Part shown: positions 16,590-20,000 of the stretch, in pieces | Layout of the letters: the number at the start of each line of letters is the position of its first letter | Position numbering within the stretch: position 1 is the stretch's first letter | IMG/VR virus record: IMGVR_UViG_3300044623_000338 | Length of the DNA: 20,000 nucleotides | Strand: one strand, 5' to 3' | DNA from: an uncultured virus (IMG/VR IMGVR_UViG_3300044623_000338) | Taxonomy: Duplodnaviria > Heunggongvirae > Uroviricota > Caudoviricetes | Notes under the pieces: generated by a model | What the model saw: the letters and a program-made list of their open reading frames with translations, nothing else | What the model was told of the DNA's origin: nothing | Databases searched by the model: none | Position numbers and translations under genes: made by a program

Positions 16590-16699
16590 CACCTTCTCCT
16601 ACTTAAAGTCACCACCGCATAGATAGGGAACAATAGAATGTTCACCGTTACCATCACCAGTACAAAGAACCAAATTAATATCAGCTCGAACACCTTCAT
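16589..16699 (-). CDS. Small single-TM membrane peptide, 36 aa
   Basis: MKVFELILIWFFVLVMVTVNILLFPIYAVVTLSRRR*; TAATG coupling to VRR-NUC; basic C-terminus. Confidence 0.55.
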   Translation of the reverse strand: MKVFELILIWFFVLVMVTVNILLFPIYAVVTLSRRR

Positions 16700-16995
16700 T
16701 ACTTGTACCCCATACCTGATATAAAGTTTGTTAACTTATCTACGTTCTCTGCATTGATGCACACACCTACCCCACCGCTTGCTTTAATCCTAGTCAGCTC
16801 ACGTTCTTGTAGAGCTGTAGGTTGTAGGTTAGCCGCCTTACATTCAATGGCTAAGAACTCGCCACGAACACAGCATATTATATCTGGTATTGCTGATCTG
16901 CCATACCCATTAGCCGCTGGAAAGAAGTACCATACACCTGCATCTTCCAGTATCTTCTTAACCATAGCCTTTACTTCACCCTCTTTAGTTCTCAT
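16699..16995 (-). CDS. VRR-NUC domain nuclease (putative Holliday junction resolvase)
   Basis: EG.VK...IPDIICC.RG.FLAIECKA....PTALQ...L..I..SGG pattern. Confidence 0.88.
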   Translation of the reverse strand: MRTKEGEVKAMVKKILEDAGVWYFFPAANGYGRSAIPDIICCVRGEFLAIECKAANLQPTALQERELTRIKASGGVGVCINAENVDKLTNFISGMGYK

Positions 16996-17239
16996 CTACC
17001 TGCTCCCCATCTATCTCGTAATGATCCCCCACACGTGGTGGGTTCTCACCTGTTATCTTAAGCCAGTAGTCTAATAGAGCTACACCCTCTAACCACCCTG
17101 CTGGGGGGTTCTTTGTCTCTTGTTTCACACTACTTAGCGTACCTATAGCTGTGTCAGTCTGCCTAGCAATCTCTGACAAGCCACACCCTTTTGCATACAG
17201 CACTTTTATCATTAGTGCAAAGTCTAAGTCCCTAACCAT
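16985..17239 (-). CDS. Putative HTH DNA-binding protein
   Basis: GLSEIARQTDTAIGTLSSVK....P resembles a Cro/XRE-type HTH. Confidence 0.6.
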   Translation of the reverse strand: MVRDLDFALMIKVLYAKGCGLSEIARQTDTAIGTLSSVKQETKNPPAGWLEGVALLDYWLKITGENPPRVGDHYEIDGEQVDEN

Positions 17240-17882
17240 ATACTTTACCTATACCTCTACGTTCTTTATCACAATGGGCTGTTACTTTCTTGTTCTTCCG
17301 CCTTAAAAGAATTGTCATGAGAGCATTGCCTGTTATTGTAAAACCTTTCTTCCTCTTCTTGCCTCGTGCATCTATATTATAAAACGCTAAGAGTTCTTTT
17401 ACATACGGCACCCATTCATCAATAACCTTTTTCTCGTAAATGACAGTACCATCTAAGCGTATATACATGTGAGGAGGCATCTTGTATGTCAACGTATCTC
17501 TAACCCTAATCAGTTGGGTACTAGTCACACCAATAAGTTTTGCTATATCTTTGAACGCATAAGCTTGTGCGTTGGCGTAGGGTACAGGTTTCGAGGGGGG
17601 TAGGGTTAAAGCGTACTTTTGTTTACTTAGTGCTAATTCTTTTTTAGCTTCTGCTCGCCTTACTTTCTGAGCCTCAGATATTTTCTTTCTGTTCTCACGA
17701 TACGAAATTTTACTTATCCTATTAGCCTCAACCTTGTTAGCGGCATACCATTTGTTAGAGACAATAGCCATCTGTGCCTTTCTCTCCTCTGTTAAAGTCT
17801 TCCTTACTTCTCTAGCCTTAGCATTGCGTTGTTCTTTTTTTCTTGCTATCTCTTCCTCACTCATGATATATTTTGTTTTCAT
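17232..17882 (-). CDS. Basic helical protein with C-terminal AlpA/excisionase-like HTH
   Basis: K/R/E-rich N-terminus; FKDIAKLIGVTSTQL.......MPP......G.VIYEKKVIDEWV resembles AlpA; GAGGAG SD. Confidence 0.55.
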   Translation of the reverse strand: MKTKYIMSEEEIARKKEQRNAKAREVRKTLTEERKAQMAIVSNKWYAANKVEANRISKISYRENRKKISEAQKVRRAEAKKELALSKQKYALTLPPSKPVPYANAQAYAFKDIAKLIGVTSTQLIRVRDTLTYKMPPHMYIRLDGTVIYEKKVIDEWVPYVKELLAFYNIDARGKKRKKGFTITGNALMTILLRRKNKKVTAHCDKERRGIGKVYG

Positions 17883-17918
17883 TGTGTTACTCCTCGTTGT
17901 GCTGTTTTGCGCTCATAA

Positions 17919-17952
17919 GGGGTTACAGTTCATATGTAACCCCACTTTTTTT
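17919..17952. promoter_or_regulatory. 9-bp perfect inverted repeat with T-tract on + strand (antisense terminator or operator)
   Basis: GGGGTTACA-GTTCATA-TGTAACCCC-AC-TTTTTTT in an intergenic gap. Confidence 0.55.
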
Positions 17953-17953
17953 A

Positions 17954-18043
17954 TCACACCCCTTTAATTGCATCTATCAGTGCAGATAGTATTACCCCTA
18001 CTATCACTACTACACCTAACACAAACCACATAATATCTTTCAT
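17954..18043 (-). CDS. Small single-TM peptide, 29 aa
   Basis: MKDIMWFVLGVVVIVGVILSALIDAIKGV*; GAGGG SD. Confidence 0.55.
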   Translation of the reverse strand: MKDIMWFVLGVVVIVGVILSALIDAIKGV

Positions 18044-18049
18044 ATACCC

Positions 18050-18265
18050 TCACATTTGTTGTACTATGTACACATCTTCATCTAACTTCATACCTACATC
18101 AGGCACAATATCACCTATCGCACATAGTTTAAGTAACGCTACCCTCTCTGGTACAGGAGGGTCAAGCTCAGACACATCACTAAACTTAACCACATCCCCC
18201 TGCTTCTGCACCACGTTATCCATAGAGGTAGCTATCTTAGACTTCAAGTCTACCCTTATTGTCAT
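18050..18265 (-). CDS. Hypothetical protein
   Basis: 71 aa; TAATG coupling to the vWA gene. Confidence 0.65.
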   Translation of the reverse strand: MTIRVDLKSKIATSMDNVVQKQGDVVKFSDVSELDPPVPERVALLKLCAIGDIVPDVGMKLDEDVYIVQQM

Positions 18266-19422
18266 TAGTCCACCCTTATCACAGAACCAAATGGAGGTAC
18301 TGTATGTTTGTTATTGACCATCACCCATATAACAGGGCACGATGGGGTTAGTTGTGGGTACTCCACATAGCCGTCAGTAATTAAGATGATGCACTGAGGC
18401 TCTAGCTTGTGCTTAACTACGTAGTCAAACACACATACACTACTTGAACCACCACCACCTTTAGGCTTAGTAGACGATACAAGTCCAGCATAATTATCTT
18501 CACGATATTGCTCGTGAGCGGCAACTGCTGTATCCCAGTACAACAGATCAATCTTTTCGGGAGTTGTATTATCACATATAGAAACTAACTCTGACAATGC
18601 TTTTGTTATATCCTCCCCTGATATACTACCTGACGTATCTATAGCTACACATATACTACCGATGCTCTCACTGATCTGACTAGGTAAGTACATGTTATGT
18701 TGCAACCATCTTCTGTTAGGCTTAGCCCATGTGCTATCCCCCTTACCAACACAGACACTAGACACGAACTCACGTAACTGCTCAGCCCAGTCAACCTTAG
18801 ACTGCATCATTGCATCAAAGCTACGATCTACCTCACCACCCTGCTTACCTGCTAGTAGAGCACCAGTACGTACTGCCGCTGATATGTCCTTAGCTAACTG
18901 CTCTTTCTCTAGCTCACCTAACGCCTTAGCTTCCTCCCACTCATGCCCATCCATCGGCTCACCCTTACCGTCCTTACCACTCGCCTTGTCCTCCTTCAAC
19001 CTAGCGAACACCTCGCCGCTATCTAAGCCTCTATACTCCTCATCACACAGCCCACCCTCTGGCATCACAAGGAAGTCGCCCCACTTGTTAAGGTCTTTGA
19101 TTTCTAGGTTAATCACATAGTCACATGCTTGGTTAGCTAACTGTGCATCTTCTTCATACAACTTACGCCATACGAATAGGTGCTGATACAGCTTGTGCTT
19201 GGTCTCATGCAATACTAGAAACCTTAGCTCCCCATCAGTAAGACTCTCAACGAAAGCCCTACCGTAAGTAACATCACGACCATTGGTAGACGCAGTAGGA
19301 CAATCATCTCTTACCTCTGTACTGCCCACCATCAGTAGCCCTGAGTACGCTAGGGTACGCTTATCTTGCATCAATGAAATATGGGCTTTTGTTATTCTAT
19401 CTTCTACACTTAGTGCTGTCAT
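18265..19422 (-). CDS. DUF2201-type HExxH metallopeptidase-like + vWA domain protein
   Basis: PTASTNG, FLVLHETKH (HExxH), N.ACDYVIN, W..PNRR, MIDAS AIDTSGS, GGGS, ILITDG. Confidence 0.88.
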   Translation of the reverse strand: MTALSVEDRITKAHISLMQDKRTLAYSGLLMVGSTEVRDDCPTASTNGRDVTYGRAFVESLTDGELRFLVLHETKHKLYQHLFVWRKLYEEDAQLANQACDYVINLEIKDLNKWGDFLVMPEGGLCDEEYRGLDSGEVFARLKEDKASGKDGKGEPMDGHEWEEAKALGELEKEQLAKDISAAVRTGALLAGKQGGEVDRSFDAMMQSKVDWAEQLREFVSSVCVGKGDSTWAKPNRRWLQHNMYLPSQISESIGSICVAIDTSGSISGEDITKALSELVSICDNTTPEKIDLLYWDTAVAAHEQYREDNYAGLVSSTKPKGGGGSSSVCVFDYVVKHKLEPQCIILITDGYVEYPQLTPSCPVIWVMVNNKHTVPPFGSVIRVD

Positions 19423-19432
19423 TGTATCCCCC

Positions 19433-19999
19433 TCAACTAAACAAGTAGCCGTTCTCTACAGCGTACTCAGTGAACTTCCTATTAGTAACTGCTACGCTAC
19501 GCTTAGGGCTATTGGCACTCATCACACTCATAGCAAACAAAGCCTGTGCCTCACGTGGCAACCTATTTAAATACGTCATCCAACTGTCAAACGTATCAGT
19601 AGCTACATTACTTAACGCCTTGCTAACTACCAGACAGATAGCCGCTCCGTTGGGTGGTACTATAGTAGTGTCAGGCTTGTTGATAATCTCCGACCATGCT
19701 GGCATGGTGTTATCTAACTTAAGGATATTCATCATATCCATAGTAGCCCGCTCACCTATCACACCGAACAGTGCATGGGTCAACACTTCTTCAGGCATCT
19801 CACGGCACAGCTTAAGTATGTCGCTTGCTTTCTCTAACGAACGTGGTGTAACGAACGCCGCTCTAGGTACACGAGGGTCATTGATATACTCATTCATGTC
19901 AGGACGTTCATAGTCCTCGAAGCTGGCTAACATAGATGGATACTCAATAGCTGTCGCTATCACTACAGGGTCAATACCTGCGTTCTGTGCATAATCCCA
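19433..19999 (-). CDS. AAA+ ATPase (MoxR-like), C-terminal part; 5' end outside the window
   Basis: The frame is open to the window edge (WDYAQNAGIDPVV...). FVTPRSLE sensor-like motif; immediately upstream of the DUF2201/vWA gene, a common pairing. Walker motifs are not in the window. Confidence 0.7.
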   Translation of the reverse strand, partial: WDYAQNAGIDPVVIATAIEYPSMLASFEDYERPDMNEYINDPRVPRAAFVTPRSLEKASDILKLCREMPEEVLTHALFGVIGERATMDMMNILKLDNTMPAWSEIINKPDTTIVPPNGAAICLVVSKALSNVATDTFDSWMTYLNRLPREAQALFAMSVMSANSPKRSVAVTNRKFTEYAVENGYLFS

Positions 20000-20000
20000 A

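Noticed and set aside
4231..19913. Numerous + strand ORFs in the track (e.g. 6102-6560, 14925-15380, 18692-19120, 19470-19913); likewise the - strand ORF 351-731
   Set aside because: These are antisense shadows of well-supported genes, with Ser/Leu-rich translations and no recognisable motifs.

Overview
This 20-kb window is a segment of a tailed dsDNA bacteriophage genome (Caudoviricetes, probably podovirus-like; inferred from gene content only). The + strand carries the C-terminal ~900 aa of a large LPD38-type polyvalent/internal virion protein, ending at a bidirectional terminator (~2692-2720). Everything else is a densely packed, largely translationally coupled minus-strand early/replication block. 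In transcription order it encodes a MoxR-like AAA+ ATPase (truncated), a DUF2201-type HExxH/vWA protein, HTH proteins, a VRR-NUC nuclease, an accessory region, a family A DNA polymerase, a DksA/TraR zinc finger, a DUF3310-like protein, a PD-(D/E)xK nuclease, an HNH protein, an SNF2 helicase, a putative SSB, an HNH homing endonuclease and an AEP primase-DUF927 helicase. The most unusual feature is a ~2-kb head-to-tail array (14207-16236) of five mosaic paralogous genes. They are built from short DNA-conserved linker modules (MSKERELL / AQPEQEPVAW / PLYxAPP / REPLSDEE / AIEKAHGIGG) that alternate with unrelated variable segments. The array shows visible chimeric junctions and a repeated SD-stop-start junction, suggesting a module-shuffling cassette system. 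Manual translation also shows that almost every gap in the ORF track holds a coupled ORF under 60 aa, including five single-TM peptides. All product calls rest on motif recognition by eye; no database searches were run.
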